From the IMG/VR virus record IMGVR_UViG_3300043630_000001, positions 4,599-68,598 of that record: a stretch of 64,000 nucleotides of DNA; one strand, written 5' to 3'. Shown here in pieces: positions 20,801-28,473 of the stretch. Numbering within the stretch: position 1 is the stretch's first letter; every line of letters begins with the position of its first letter. The position numbers and the translations under genes are program-made. The notes below the pieces were generated by a model. The model ran no database searches, was not told where the DNA came from, and saw nothing but the letters and a program-made list of their open reading frames with translations. The DNA comes from a virus (lineage: Duplodnaviria > Caudoviricetes).

Positions 20801-22651
20801 CAGGTGCTGGTGAAGGCTGCGCAAGACAGCATACCGAACCTGCTGAAGGCTGGCAATGCCACAGCAGCCTTGTCTGCCAACTTGATGGGTGTGTTCACCT
20901 CAGCGACATTCTCCAATGAAGCGGCAGCACGGTTTAACGCTAGAGCCGGAGTGCAGATGGCTGGCCAAGTGAGCGCGAATGCTTTGCAGACGCAGGACGC
21001 CGGGAAAGTTATTGCTGATCTGCTCTCGCGTTCACTGAGTAATGACTTTAACGAGAGCATGGCACGCGAAGTAAAAGGAGGACTTGGCATCACGATGGGC
21101 ACCGCTGTGTCTGACGTTCTGCATGACATGTTCTTGACTGCAGGCAAAATGCTTGCCATGCGAGATTTCGCTCCGCAAGGCCCAGGCATCGCCAATGTTA
21201 TTGCCGCGCGCGCGCAATTCGCTTTTGACAGTGATACTAAATCCTATCGTAAATCTCCAGGTTCAGACGACTTTGTTACGGTCTACGGCAAAGACATCCA
21301 GGCGTACAAAGATGCCCTCTCTTCTCTGGACTTTGCCCTGAAAACTGGCAAGATCACCCAGGAAGAGTACGCCGTTGGCCTGGTAGCTGTTGACCGGGTG
21401 ATGAAAGACGCTAAAGACTTGGCCGGCGATATGGCAGCTCAGCTGGCGCGCGTGAACGAAGACGCTCAGCGCTTGGTCAACAGCGGGCTGAGTTCAATAG
21501 GCTACTATTTTGGAGAGATTACAAAAGGGGCTGACGCCTTGGCAGCCGCTGCTGCTGCTGCCAACACTCCGCTGAACCAGACTGAGACTGCCATAGGCCG
21601 ATTGACGTCACTGGCAACTGTGCTGGGCAGCTCTGTATCCGCAGTGGTTGAAGGACTTGACGCCCAGATAGGCGTTTTGACCAAACAGCTACTGGCCAGC
21701 CCAGACGGCGAACAGAGGCTTAATTTGGCTGCCCAACTGAAGTCTGTGCAGTACGACCGGGCGCATGTGGGTGACGCTAATTCCATGACCGGTAATGCCG
21801 ACTTGATTGCTCGCACTGCAGCAATGGCGTCAGCAGCCATGACCACAAGCGATGCTAGCAAAGCCGCCGCATCCTTGGCCACTTCAGGTGCGTTTGCCGG
21901 TTCTTTGCCTGTGCAGATTCGGGACTTCTCCCTGCTCCTCGATGGTGTAAAGCAGTTTGATCCTGCTGGGTTTGAGAATTCGTTCACTCGTATCAACGCT
22001 GCGCTGATTAAAGGTGTGATTAACCAAGACCAGTACAACGCGCTGTTTAGTGAGGGTATTGGCATATTCAACACAGGCAAAACTACGCTGGAGAATGCCC
22101 AGGCATCGGCCACGCAAGCTGCGAAAGATGCTGCAGCGGCAGCTTCCGCGTCTGCTGCCGTACAAGAAACGGCAACGAAAACCTTGGCCGATACTTTCTT
22201 GGCCCTGCAAAAAGCTGCCCAAAGCTTGACCGACAGCTTGTTGCTGGATACTAAATTTTCGCCGCTCTCGCCAGAACAGCAGATTGCTGAAGCCTCTGCA
22301 CAGTACTACCGTACCCTGAATGATGCCTTGTCCGGGGATGCTAATGCTGTGGATCAGTATCAGGCTGTGGCGAAAACTTACCTGGACACAATTGAAGCAA
22401 ATGCGTCAAGCCAGTCACAATTGACTGCAGGAGTTGCTTCAGTTTTGTCAAACGATGCTATTATCACCAGCTATGACACAAGCAATCAAACACAGGAAGC
22501 CATGCTGGCAGAGCTCAAGCTTATGAAACAGGAAATTGCACAGCTTCGTGCAGCAAATGAATCAAGTGCCCTGAGCGACAGCAAGCAAGCGGTCATCATG
22601 GCTCAGTTCCAATCTGAAGGCATGCCTACATACACGGTGACGGCACCATGA
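14828..22651 (+). CDS. Tape measure protein (2607 aa)
   Basis: Long Ala-rich helical ORF after the chaperone pair. TP901-type core (AAEGMRALAQNGLNAQQSLQALPAILNLATIG...GTAAGTSFRNIL). Confidence 0.9.
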   Translation: MDNEKLEIGFNSPGVELIERAVSALDNLHKAMAQLGSGSAGASLKSVESQMQIMQASMTTGFTEIEVRLNSFEAKTKAVSKTSMQAAMDEERWINARLEGQRRYAAGVVEADDRAITSLEKLTSAIAKASTRPGYLAAGPSWWEEELAKQEKASAQLEASYQKSIVELDKLSKSAIKAVTQPGYLAAGPSWWEEELAKQEKASARLESNYQKSIVELDKLAKSAIKAVTQPGYVPAGPSWWDTELAKEEAALERMRLLNTKFLAASPGAQLSTAKEAQVYGSLGGDVTAKYGTSAAGLASNTAEYAKLEQAAKASAGAIDHHNQAMQEGHAFARGLSGALGTLWITYGSLVPLLAGAAIAGSLKKIYDIGKDVEYQLAFVKALTDTPVDLDKFLAITSGTVVSIHEAAEGMRALAQNGLNAQQSLQALPAILNLATIGEMSVSQAALSATGVLTAFNLELSELGRVGDVFAKAAATSNTSVAGMTESMKTASTASSLFGVSLEETAASIGVLAKLNIVGTAAGTSFRNILKDLYEPTKKQADAQKALGISTRDSSDQLKNYVQVLSDIRAKTAALSEGGKLNFLSQLSDERGAKALIATLANWDEFTAKIEEAKNAAGFTAEAVVKLEDTVQGASKRMANNIQDTFIKAFSEASPIIQRTVTELGDLAKSKDLVSFFSGLAEGVANLTRFIVEHASTIKTLLEVYIGFKTLTYAVASYQALAIAMGTSTAVTTAEAAATRMATAIKTAYTGAVASSTLTLVGENVVMGAATVTSGMLATATTFLAGTFRLLVASLGPIALAVTAAVTVYELFIKRASETDKELLRNSNTLNVINEDLDKQIDKLAKRNALWNPKTFEHAPEDIAASDSLAKAKLEVNRAQALVDQAERVAADRLQNQGSSRGTTRANNEVAEYRKVLEEKKSLLKAALDEEASMVDKRRDEQQDKELDAFRSGQENLIKELKKFRAQADAIGGYTYTKDGQKVEGSGHTLATPAQSEVYQGADSLIAAVKAAATPADLKDIISSFDALKAKLSEVSQGYEKADPSKLNQAYAAAKEKITEALQLREREIKQTYTLIELKAKNGDAGPMELITAEGVKNVEVALAKMEAAHALADLAAKRSDKPGDIEKAVGEWKKARQDASDAIEVQDQKLANYETAMEQETTKNYIQELTARKQYRKAAEVEAEADFGKTIRGLKADIVNFNLDESNSAQFPVFNKMLKELDGFEKKFEAKVNAGKMKELAEGMKTAGDQVAEVMSNLQLKAKAAAGIFDRDSLEETIGSLGLIRDEFAATGKAAEDLFDKTGDPQAFQVFRAAQKDVAKLGNDILALKQKLAMGPFTELAKNFASLGDSFKGIATAITGVGEAYTKLITLSELESQGEKIKTQDRIGAYGDMASAAKGFFGENTAGYRALDGAAKIFHTAQVAMNLVEMAQLAIKAVMSQGSGDPYTAWPRMAAMAAVMAGLGFAVGGGFDHGGGGGQTAAEVQKTQGTGSVFGDATAKSESIVKSMEILKNNSNMMLPVNQGMLAALKNIEASMTGLTNLLIRTPGVAEGTNLGIATGQINAKGSPTDIVSNVMTGVTKILFPVIGGGIASFINNLWGKTTQNIVDSGIKFGGSLSALQAGQGYNQYASVDTTTSSWFGLSKSTSNSVQTQNLNQELSNQFGLIFTSLEKTLQVASGSLGSSATDVEKALSQLEIAPTTLSLKGLTGQALTDALNAVISKTMDEIAMTALPGLDQFRAVGEGYAQTVIRVASGIEEAKGALEKFGIAAIDFKYVTDKQGDVGAEIVRQSIMAVEVIKAHYDAGAIGATVYASSLNGIGEIMKNMQGTASELATEYQALLDVRKLLRASNTDDQLLSLSMIKGAGGQSELTNGLQAYNDKFFTDAEKNASALKELNMQFEDLGVTSIPKTHKEFRSLVEGIDLTTEAGQRLFGGLVTLSSAFDTASAAAEAAAALVIASAATARREDVAIRNSADEAIATAAKTAADALQVLVKAAQDSIPNLLKAGNATAALSANLMGVFTSATFSNEAAARFNARAGVQMAGQVSANALQTQDAGKVIADLLSRSLSNDFNESMAREVKGGLGITMGTAVSDVLHDMFLTAGKMLAMRDFAPQGPGIANVIAARAQFAFDSDTKSYRKSPGSDDFVTVYGKDIQAYKDALSSLDFALKTGKITQEEYAVGLVAVDRVMKDAKDLAGDMAAQLARVNEDAQRLVNSGLSSIGYYFGEITKGADALAAAAAAANTPLNQTETAIGRLTSLATVLGSSVSAVVEGLDAQIGVLTKQLLASPDGEQRLNLAAQLKSVQYDRAHVGDANSMTGNADLIARTAAMASAAMTTSDASKAAASLATSGAFAGSLPVQIRDFSLLLDGVKQFDPAGFENSFTRINAALIKGVINQDQYNALFSEGIGIFNTGKTTLENAQASATQAAKDAAAAASASAAVQETATKTLADTFLALQKAAQSLTDSLLLDTKFSPLSPEQQIAEASAQYYRTLNDALSGDANAVDQYQAVAKTYLDTIEANASSQSQLTAGVASVLSNDAIITSYDTSNQTQEAMLAELKLMKQEIAQLRAANESSALSDSKQAVIMAQFQSEGMPTYTVTAP
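15224..15590 (+). repeat. Three tandem 147-bp (49-aa) repeats in the tape measure N-terminus
   Basis: PGY(L/V)(A/P)AGPSWW(E/D)xELAK units start at 15224, 15371 and 15518. The third unit is partial. Confidence 0.9.
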
Positions 22652-23535
22652 GAGTAATTCGACCTACAGCGATTGTCGATGCAAATTTTGTAAGCAGCAG
22701 CGTGGCAGAGACTGAAGCTGCTGCTTACTCTGCTGCCACTACGTACGCTGCGGACGCTTTAGCGGTGTACCAGCATCGTGTGTACAAATCGCTACAAGCA
22801 TCAAACACTGGGCACACGCCAGGCATAACAGCGTCCTCCACCTGGTGGAGTGATCAAGGCCCAACGAACATGTGGGCGATGTTTGATGGTTTAGTCAGTA
22901 CTCCAACAGTTGCAACGAGTTCATTGACTGTGGTGCTGACTCCCGGCATTGTTGACTCAATCGCTTTGCTGTCTTTGATAGGCACTTCTGTTACTGTTAG
23001 CATGGTGGTTAGCGGCGCTACGGTCTATTCTGTCACTGAGTCCCTAATTGACGTGAGGGAGAAAACTAATGCGTATGCATACTGTTTTGCTCCTTCACGG
23101 CAAAGGACTAAGTTTTACAAAATTAGCCTGCCTCCGTACCTCCACGGTACAGTTACAGTTACCATTAGTGGTCCAAGTACTGTAGCCTGTGGCATGTTGG
23201 TTGTTGGTCTTCAGATGCTTTTGGGAGGCACGCAATACGGCGCAGCTCCAGGAATTGATGATTACTCTGTTGTGTCGTTTAATGCCTTCGGCGCAAGTAC
23301 TTTGATAGTTAGGAATTTCTCATCCAGCCAGTCTGTGCAGGTGCTGATGGACAACGCTAACCTGGACTGGGTATACTCACAGATTGCTACCCTGAGGGCA
23401 CAACCCTTGGTGTGGCTGGGTACGGACGGACTGTACGACTCGCTGGTGACTTATGGTATTTACAAGGGGTTTAAGCCTGTGATCACTTATTTTGCAAACT
23501 CTCTTTGCGCTCTTGACATAAAAGGCTTGATATGA
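22648..23535 (+). CDS. Minor tail protein (distal tail/hub candidate) with a small carbohydrate-binding-like insert
   Basis: First gene after the tape measure. VYQHRVYKSLQASNTGHTPG...WWSDQGPTN resembles a CBM5/12-like module. Confidence 0.5.
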   Translation: MRVIRPTAIVDANFVSSSVAETEAAAYSAATTYAADALAVYQHRVYKSLQASNTGHTPGITASSTWWSDQGPTNMWAMFDGLVSTPTVATSSLTVVLTPGIVDSIALLSLIGTSVTVSMVVSGATVYSVTESLIDVREKTNAYAYCFAPSRQRTKFYKISLPPYLHGTVTVTISGPSTVACGMLVVGLQMLLGGTQYGAAPGIDDYSVVSFNAFGASTLIVRNFSSSQSVQVLMDNANLDWVYSQIATLRAQPLVWLGTDGLYDSLVTYGIYKGFKPVITYFANSLCALDIKGLI

Positions 23536-25271
23536 GCATCAATCAGTTTTCAGTAATACCCAGCCAGCAGCGGCCTACAACGTTCTCTAATGACATGGAT
23601 CAATTCCTGTCAGAGTTCAATCCAATCATTGTGCAGCAGAACGCAGTTAACGCCGCGCTCTCCCCTCTATCGGACGCTGCGACCACGATTATTGCTTCTG
23701 TTAATTACAAGGGCCTGTGGACTGCACTGACTGGTGCGCTCACCATTCCGGCTAGCGTGTACCACTTGGGCAAATTTTGGACGCTGACGCAAAACATCGC
23801 GGACGTCACGACGAAAGTACCTGGTACTGCGACAGAATGGGCGCAGCCGGTGGCCAGCTTGGGGGGCAGCCAGGTAACGACTAGTGCCACCAGCGTCACA
23901 ATCGCCCTGCCAGCGTTTCGTGTGCAGTCTATTGCCATGACCGCGTCGGGGCAAAACGTGAATCTGCCCGCAGCTACTTTGATGTCTACTGGCTCTGGTT
24001 TATTCGTTTTCCGCAACGCCGGGTCAATACCGTGGAATCTGCGCGATGGTGCAAGCGCACTGAAAGCCGTTGTTGGCCCTGGCCAAATCATCACCCTGAG
24101 CTTAATAGACAACACCACATCTGCTGGTATTTGGGCCGTGGCCAATGATTCACCAGTGGGCACGTACGGCAGGATGCTGTCTGGAACCAATACCACGCAC
24201 AACGCGCTGTCAAGCTCGTCTCCGCGCGTTGTGCTGCTCTCGGCAACAAAAGGTATCGTTACACACTATCGTGGCACCACGATGTACGGGGCCGTGGCCA
24301 CCATCTCAGGCTTGTCCACCAGCCTCGGCACTGAGATGACGATTGCCACAGGCGTCACAAGTGCAGTTCGTGTTGTTGGTGTGTCAGCTACACAGGCGGT
24401 CATACTGACCATAGCTGGCAATGTGCTTAGCGCCCAAACGCTTGATGTGTCTGGTACAACGCTGACGACCGGTACGCCGCTGAGTGTGTACGCCACAGCT
24501 TTTGTCTCATCTATGTCAATTGAAATTGCAATGGTGACGTCAACTAAAGTGATGATTGCTTACACTGACAACAGTTCTTATAGCATCTCTGGAGTTATCG
24601 TTGACATTTCAGGCACGACCTTGACCCTGGGTACAGCTATTAACTTCGGGACCAGCTCGTCGTCCGGTTCACGCATAGGCATCATTATAAATTCCACAAC
24701 TAAAGTGGGCATAGTAAATCGGAAAAGTGCGACGGGTAATGGTACGACAAACATTTACTTAGCTACGCTGTCAGGCAGCACCTTGACAGGCACGACGAAC
24801 TTGCAGACTACAGCTAACGGTAGATTTATGATTCCACAGGGAAGCATGGGCTGCACACTTGGTAATGGCTTAGGTGTGTTTGTTTACACAGGTGAGCCTA
24901 CGTCAGCCACAGCATTCTCTGGTACAGCGTTCATTCTACTTTTTGATATTACGGGCAGTTCTCCGGTGCTGGTCGGACAGTATGAGTATGGCTGCAGCAT
25001 TCGCATAGGTATCTCTGTGGTTCCAGTCGGCGCGACTGGATTTGCTCTACGCTCTACAAGCCTGTCCACAGACGCGGTGGATATTGCATTGTTCGACGCA
25101 GCCAACAATATGATAAACCTCATCACCAGTATCGTGGTGCCAATCGTAAGTGTGGGCACTTCAGTGGAGTATCCAGGGTCGCTCGCATACAACTCTGGTG
25201 TCCTGGTAGGTGTGTTTCCAGACAGCGCTAGTAATTACCTTACGTCAAAAGTTTTGGAGGTCGTGCAATGA
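23532..25271 (+). CDS. Tail fibre/receptor-binding protein with beta-propeller-like repeats
   Basis: About six ~50-aa blades of the type V..vS.Tk..i.Y....i.disGttlT.Gt in the C-terminal half. Followed by a fibre-chaperone-like gene. Confidence 0.65.
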   Translation: MSINQFSVIPSQQRPTTFSNDMDQFLSEFNPIIVQQNAVNAALSPLSDAATTIIASVNYKGLWTALTGALTIPASVYHLGKFWTLTQNIADVTTKVPGTATEWAQPVASLGGSQVTTSATSVTIALPAFRVQSIAMTASGQNVNLPAATLMSTGSGLFVFRNAGSIPWNLRDGASALKAVVGPGQIITLSLIDNTTSAGIWAVANDSPVGTYGRMLSGTNTTHNALSSSSPRVVLLSATKGIVTHYRGTTMYGAVATISGLSTSLGTEMTIATGVTSAVRVVGVSATQAVILTIAGNVLSAQTLDVSGTTLTTGTPLSVYATAFVSSMSIEIAMVTSTKVMIAYTDNSSYSISGVIVDISGTTLTLGTAINFGTSSSSGSRIGIIINSTTKVGIVNRKSATGNGTTNIYLATLSGSTLTGTTNLQTTANGRFMIPQGSMGCTLGNGLGVFVYTGEPTSATAFSGTAFILLFDITGSSPVLVGQYEYGCSIRIGISVVPVGATGFALRSTSLSTDAVDIALFDAANNMINLITSIVVPIVSVGTSVEYPGSLAYNSGVLVGVFPDSASNYLTSKVLEVVQ

Positions 25272-25852
25272 ACATCGTAAAAATGATATCGGATAACGTG
25301 GTTGTTTGCGTGGGTGAATTTGTCTTTACACCTGAGGGGGCGAAGAACGGAGTGCATATTTTCCCCTCCCTGACACCAAGCAACTCTGTGATCGAAGAAG
25401 TCAATGACGTGCCCGCAGACTTCGTCGGTGGCATGTATACATACCTGTCCGGCGTGTGGACAGTGACAGCCCACGGTCTGCAGCTTCGCGCGGAAGACTT
25501 GGCCATTCGTAAGATGGCCAAGAACGCACAAATCAACGAGTGGCGCTTAGCCGCAAACCTGGATAGTTTTACGTACCTAGGTAAGCACATCTCATCAGAC
25601 TTACTGTCCCTGCTTGACATCTACGGGGCAAACGGTGAAATACTGAACCATGGTGCGCTACCTCTGAGCTGGCAAGGCGGGTGGAAAGCCAAGGACAACA
25701 CTTATGTGCCTATTGCAACTGTTGCAGATTGGCTAAAATTCTACAGCGCCATGTACAATCAAGGCTCAACGAATTTTGCCCACTCACAAGCGCTGAAAGC
25801 AGCCTTGGCCGCCGCAACAACGGCTGAGGATATCGACGCAATAGTTTGGTAA
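25268..25852 (+). CDS. Tail fibre assembly-associated protein (DUF4376-like)
   Basis: KNAQINEWRLAAN..FTY.G...WKAKDNTYVP...AHSQALKAALAAATTAEDIDAIVW C-terminus. Confidence 0.65.
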   Translation: MNIVKMISDNVVVCVGEFVFTPEGAKNGVHIFPSLTPSNSVIEEVNDVPADFVGGMYTYLSGVWTVTAHGLQLRAEDLAIRKMAKNAQINEWRLAANLDSFTYLGKHISSDLLSLLDIYGANGEILNHGALPLSWQGGWKAKDNTYVPIATVADWLKFYSAMYNQGSTNFAHSQALKAALAAATTAEDIDAIVW

Positions 25853-25866
25853 CCTGGGGAATTGCT

Positions 25867-26373
25867 ATGCAATACGCAAATATCAGAGATAAGTTTAAGT
25901 CGGGAGACTTGATCGCCTTGACCCATAAAAAGTGGGGGAGCTTTTACGATTTGCAGGTTCAGGCAGTGCGCGCCGGGACGCAGTCCGAGTACTCTCATGT
26001 GGCTGGGCTAATTGTTTTTGCCGGCAGGGTATTTGTTGTGGAGTCGGTTGAGCCAGTAATCCGCCTGGTGCCTCTGTCAAACCTTGCTGAGGAGGGGTTC
26101 TACTGGCTGCCTATGAATTACGAGATGTCGCCAGAAGAGCTGGAGTTCAGCATGGCAAAAGTGGGGAAAGGAAGCTACTCCAAGTGGCAAGCAATCCTTG
26201 CTCAGCTACGCAAACTAAAGATAGGTGCTGATGACAACTGGGAGTGTGCAGAGTTCATGATTGTGGCCAAGCGGTTGTCTGGCATTGACCTGGGCGACAA
26301 AGCTACACCTTCGGCAGTTATTGAGCATGTGCTGCAAACTTACGACACTTCAGTGCATTTTGTAAAAGGTTGA
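25867..26373 (+). CDS. Permuted papain-like NlpC/P60 amidase (YiiX/YaeF-like)
   Basis: KSGDLI...YSHVA (His) near the N-terminus and WECAEF (Cys) near the C-terminus, the circularly permuted arrangement. Confidence 0.7.
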   Translation: MQYANIRDKFKSGDLIALTHKKWGSFYDLQVQAVRAGTQSEYSHVAGLIVFAGRVFVVESVEPVIRLVPLSNLAEEGFYWLPMNYEMSPEELEFSMAKVGKGSYSKWQAILAQLRKLKIGADDNWECAEFMIVAKRLSGIDLGDKATPSAVIEHVLQTYDTSVHFVKG

Positions 26374-26398
26374 ATTTCTCGCTATTAAGCTATAGAAT
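26370..26398 (+). promoter_or_regulatory. Sigma70-like promoter for the lysis region, TTGAAT-N17-TAGAAT
   Basis: Exact 17-nt spacer. Small inverted repeat TGTCA-N4-TGACA at 26405-26418 just downstream. Confidence 0.55.
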
Positions 26399-26436
26399 GG
26401 CACCTGTCAACACTGACAATTTTACCGGAGATTATC

Positions 26437-26574
26437 ATGTCAAAACTTTACGTAACCGGCACAGGTGGTGGTACACGCCCTCCTCCAGAGCCAGAACCAA
26501 CACCTGATGGCCGCAGCGCCCCCAAGAAGTCAAAAGCCAAAAAACCTTCGCCAAAGAAACCAGGTAAAAAATGA
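26437..26574 (+). CDS. 45-aa Gly/Pro/Lys-rich peptide (absent from the ORF track)
   Basis: MSKLYVTGTGGGTRPPPEPEPTPDGRSAPKKSKAKKPSPKKPGKK. SD GGAG upstream; its TGA overlaps the next ATG (ATGA). Confidence 0.7.
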   Translation: MSKLYVTGTGGGTRPPPEPEPTPDGRSAPKKSKAKKPSPKKPGKK

Positions 26575-27008
26575 AACGTACATGGGTCACTCGTTTAGCA
26601 ATAGCCTGCATGTTCTGGCTGGCAGCAAATCTTTTTGATTTGCTGATCACGCCTGGCAAGAGTTGGCCCATGTACTATCTGGCTGCGTTGTTTTTTGACG
26701 CTACGCTCGTATTGTGCCTTTTCAAATTTGGCGAAAATTCTTTGGTTAATGATTTACAAAACATTAACTATACGGCTATAGTTGTACATGCCGTAGGTTT
26801 TGTGATGTACATGGATTATTTTCCACCCTACAGTTACAACGCTATGCTGTACACCTTAATCGGTGCTCAATGGCTTCGGCTGCTCTGGGTGGATCCAAAT
26901 GACCGAATTACTGCTGACTATTTTAGGTGTGATATGGTCCTTAATAGTTATTGTTTTTGTTGGCAACGAACTTCGCCAACGAAGAGTGAAGCATCTCAAG
27001 AAGGCTAA
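26571..27008 (+). CDS. Four-TM inner-membrane protein of unknown function
   Basis: Four hydrophobic segments in aa ~9-107, with intramembrane polar residues (D, N, H, Q). Confidence 0.7.
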   Translation: MKRTWVTRLAIACMFWLAANLFDLLITPGKSWPMYYLAALFFDATLVLCLFKFGENSLVNDLQNINYTAIVVHAVGFVMYMDYFPPYSYNAMLYTLIGAQWLRLLWVDPNDRITADYFRCDMVLNSYCFCWQRTSPTKSEASQEG

Positions 27009-27024
27009 AAATGAGTGCCCATGA
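26899..27024 (+). CDS. 41-aa single-TM peptide overlapping the 3' end of the 4-TM gene
   Basis: MTELLLTILGVIWSLIVIVFVGNELRQRRVKHLKKAKNECP: one TM and a basic tail. Weak SD GGTGGA. Confidence 0.5.
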   Translation: MTELLLTILGVIWSLIVIVFVGNELRQRRVKHLKKAKNECP

Positions 27025-27256
27025 GCTGATAGAACAAGCGGTCAACAACCCTAAGGTAGCCCTGGCCACCCCGGTAACGACCACGCTGATAGGCATCGCT
27101 ACCGTACAGAGTTGGCTCACGCTCCTGTCTATGGTGATCGGTGTGGCCATATCACTTGTTCTACTGAACAACCACCTTATCAAACGTCGTATCTTGATCC
27201 GCCAGGAAGAACTTCTGAACAAGACCGGCAACCTCAGAGGAGACCTAGAGACATGA
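27011..27256 (+). CDS. Putative holin
   Basis: 81 aa with 1-2 TMs and a charged C-terminus. ATGA-coupled to the endolysin. Confidence 0.6.
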   Translation: MSAHELIEQAVNNPKVALATPVTTTLIGIATVQSWLTLLSMVIGVAISLVLLNNHLIKRRILIRQEELLNKTGNLRGDLET

Positions 27257-27735
27257 ACAACTTTGAATTATGCATTGCCCCGCTACTAGCAAATGAAGGT
27301 GGCATCACAAACCATCCGCTGGACAAGGGCAAGCTGACCAAGTATGGTATCAGCCAGCGCAGTTACCCAAATCTGGATATCGCAGCGCTGACTATCGAAC
27401 AGGCCAAAGCGCTGTACAAGCGCGACTTCTGGGATCCGTACCAACTGGACAAATTCGCAGCAGTCGTGGCGTTTGAGTTCTTCGACTGTGCAGTGAACTG
27501 CGGCACAGGCACAGCGGCACGTCTGTTCCAGCGATCCCTTGGCGTAGCAGAAGATGGGATTATCGGTCCGATCACTCTGAGCAAGGCTCTGGCAGCCAAC
27601 CCTGATAAGCTGGCAAAGACCATGGCAGCGCACCGCATCAAGTTCTACACCTCGCTGTCCCAGTTTGACACGTTTGGTAAGGGCTGGGTCAATCGCATGG
27701 CCAACAACATGCTTTGGGAGACTCAAAATGTCTAA
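27253..27735 (+). CDS. Endolysin, glycoside hydrolase family 108 with PG-binding_3 domain
   Basis: NEGGITNHPLDKGKLTKYGIS, FDCAVNCG, DGIIGPITL, FGKGWVNR. True start at ATG 27253. Confidence 0.9.
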   Translation: MNNFELCIAPLLANEGGITNHPLDKGKLTKYGISQRSYPNLDIAALTIEQAKALYKRDFWDPYQLDKFAAVVAFEFFDCAVNCGTGTAARLFQRSLGVAEDGIIGPITLSKALAANPDKLAKTMAAHRIKFYTSLSQFDTFGKGWVNRMANNMLWETQNV

Positions 27736-27919
27736 CCAGGTTATCTCATTCAGCCGAAACATGGACGGTGATTGCCTGGTCCTGCTAGACGGCAAGGTTC
27801 ACGCCATGGCAAAAGATTGCGCTGGCTGGAATGACGCCATCAAGCTGGAAATATACAAGGCGGCAATGAGCCTGCAAATGGGTGCAACTGACGAAGAAAC
27901 GGAAAACAATCATGCTTAA
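27728..27919 (+). CDS. Hypothetical protein (63 aa) in the lysis region
   Basis: ATG 27728 with SD GGAG. Overlaps both neighbours in a coupled pattern. Confidence 0.45.
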   Translation: MSNQVISFSRNMDGDCLVLLDGKVHAMAKDCAGWNDAIKLEIYKAAMSLQMGATDEETENNHA

Positions 27920-28397
27920 TTTTCTTGGTGGACTGGTAACCAAATTCTTACCAGAGAGGTACCAAAAGTATTACGATGCCTACACTAAAGGGCATGCTGT
28001 TTATGACGCTGTCAAGACAAAAAATCGGCAAAACTTTGTAAATGCCTTAGGGGTACTACTCTGTTTTGGTGCTGGTGTATGGAGGACGTATTATGGCCAC
28101 AGTTTTCCGCTGTCGGACGCTGACCTTATTCAGCTTGCTGGTTCTGCTGGCGTTGCTTTCGGGGTGTACAACGTTAAAGCAACTACTACGAGTACCGACA
28201 AGATCGGACTGCCCCCGCGTACTGGAGGCAACGCTCCAATCGAAGATCACAGCTTCAACGCCCCAGTGCCAGAGATACCTGAACTACCAGCACAGGCCGA
28301 TGTGCAGCCTGAGCATAACTCCACTGCGCGATTCGCAGGCGAACACGATGACTCAGACAACCCCCTCGCAGGACTTGATACAACATATAGAGGGTAG
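27912..28397 (+). CDS. Two-TM holin/spanin-like membrane protein
   Basis: Hydrophobic segments FVNALGVLLCFGAGVW and LIQLAGSAGVAFGVYNV. The acidic/Pro-rich tail overlaps a nested lipoprotein gene. Confidence 0.55.
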   Translation: MLNFLGGLVTKFLPERYQKYYDAYTKGHAVYDAVKTKNRQNFVNALGVLLCFGAGVWRTYYGHSFPLSDADLIQLAGSAGVAFGVYNVKATTTSTDKIGLPPRTGGNAPIEDHSFNAPVPEIPELPAQADVQPEHNSTARFAGEHDDSDNPLAGLDTTYRG

Positions 28398-28461
28398 TGT
28401 ATCCGAGGCCGTGCATTCAGTGGATGGTCTCAAACTGCAGTACCAATGCAAGTCTTACTAA
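28093..28461 (+). CDS. Lipoprotein (o-spanin-like), nested in the +1 frame of 27912-28397
   Basis: SD GGAGG at 28081-28085, ATG 28093. Signal peptide with lipobox LLSG|C (Cys codon 28165-28167) and four further Cys. Confidence 0.7.
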   Translation: MATVFRCRTLTLFSLLVLLALLSGCTTLKQLLRVPTRSDCPRVLEATLQSKITASTPQCQRYLNYQHRPMCSLSITPLRDSQANTMTQTTPSQDLIQHIEGSVSEAVHSVDGLKLQYQCKSY

Positions 28462-28473
28462 AAAGGAACTATC

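Noticed and set aside
15454-22222. Many antisense ORFs (up to 282 aa) within the tape measure gene
   Set aside because: Expected shadows of an Ala-rich, codon-biased long gene; no SDs or motifs.
27112-27252. Upstream extension of the endolysin given in the ORF track
   Set aside because: It overlaps the holin. ATG 27253 has the SD and ATGA coupling, and GH108 homology starts there.
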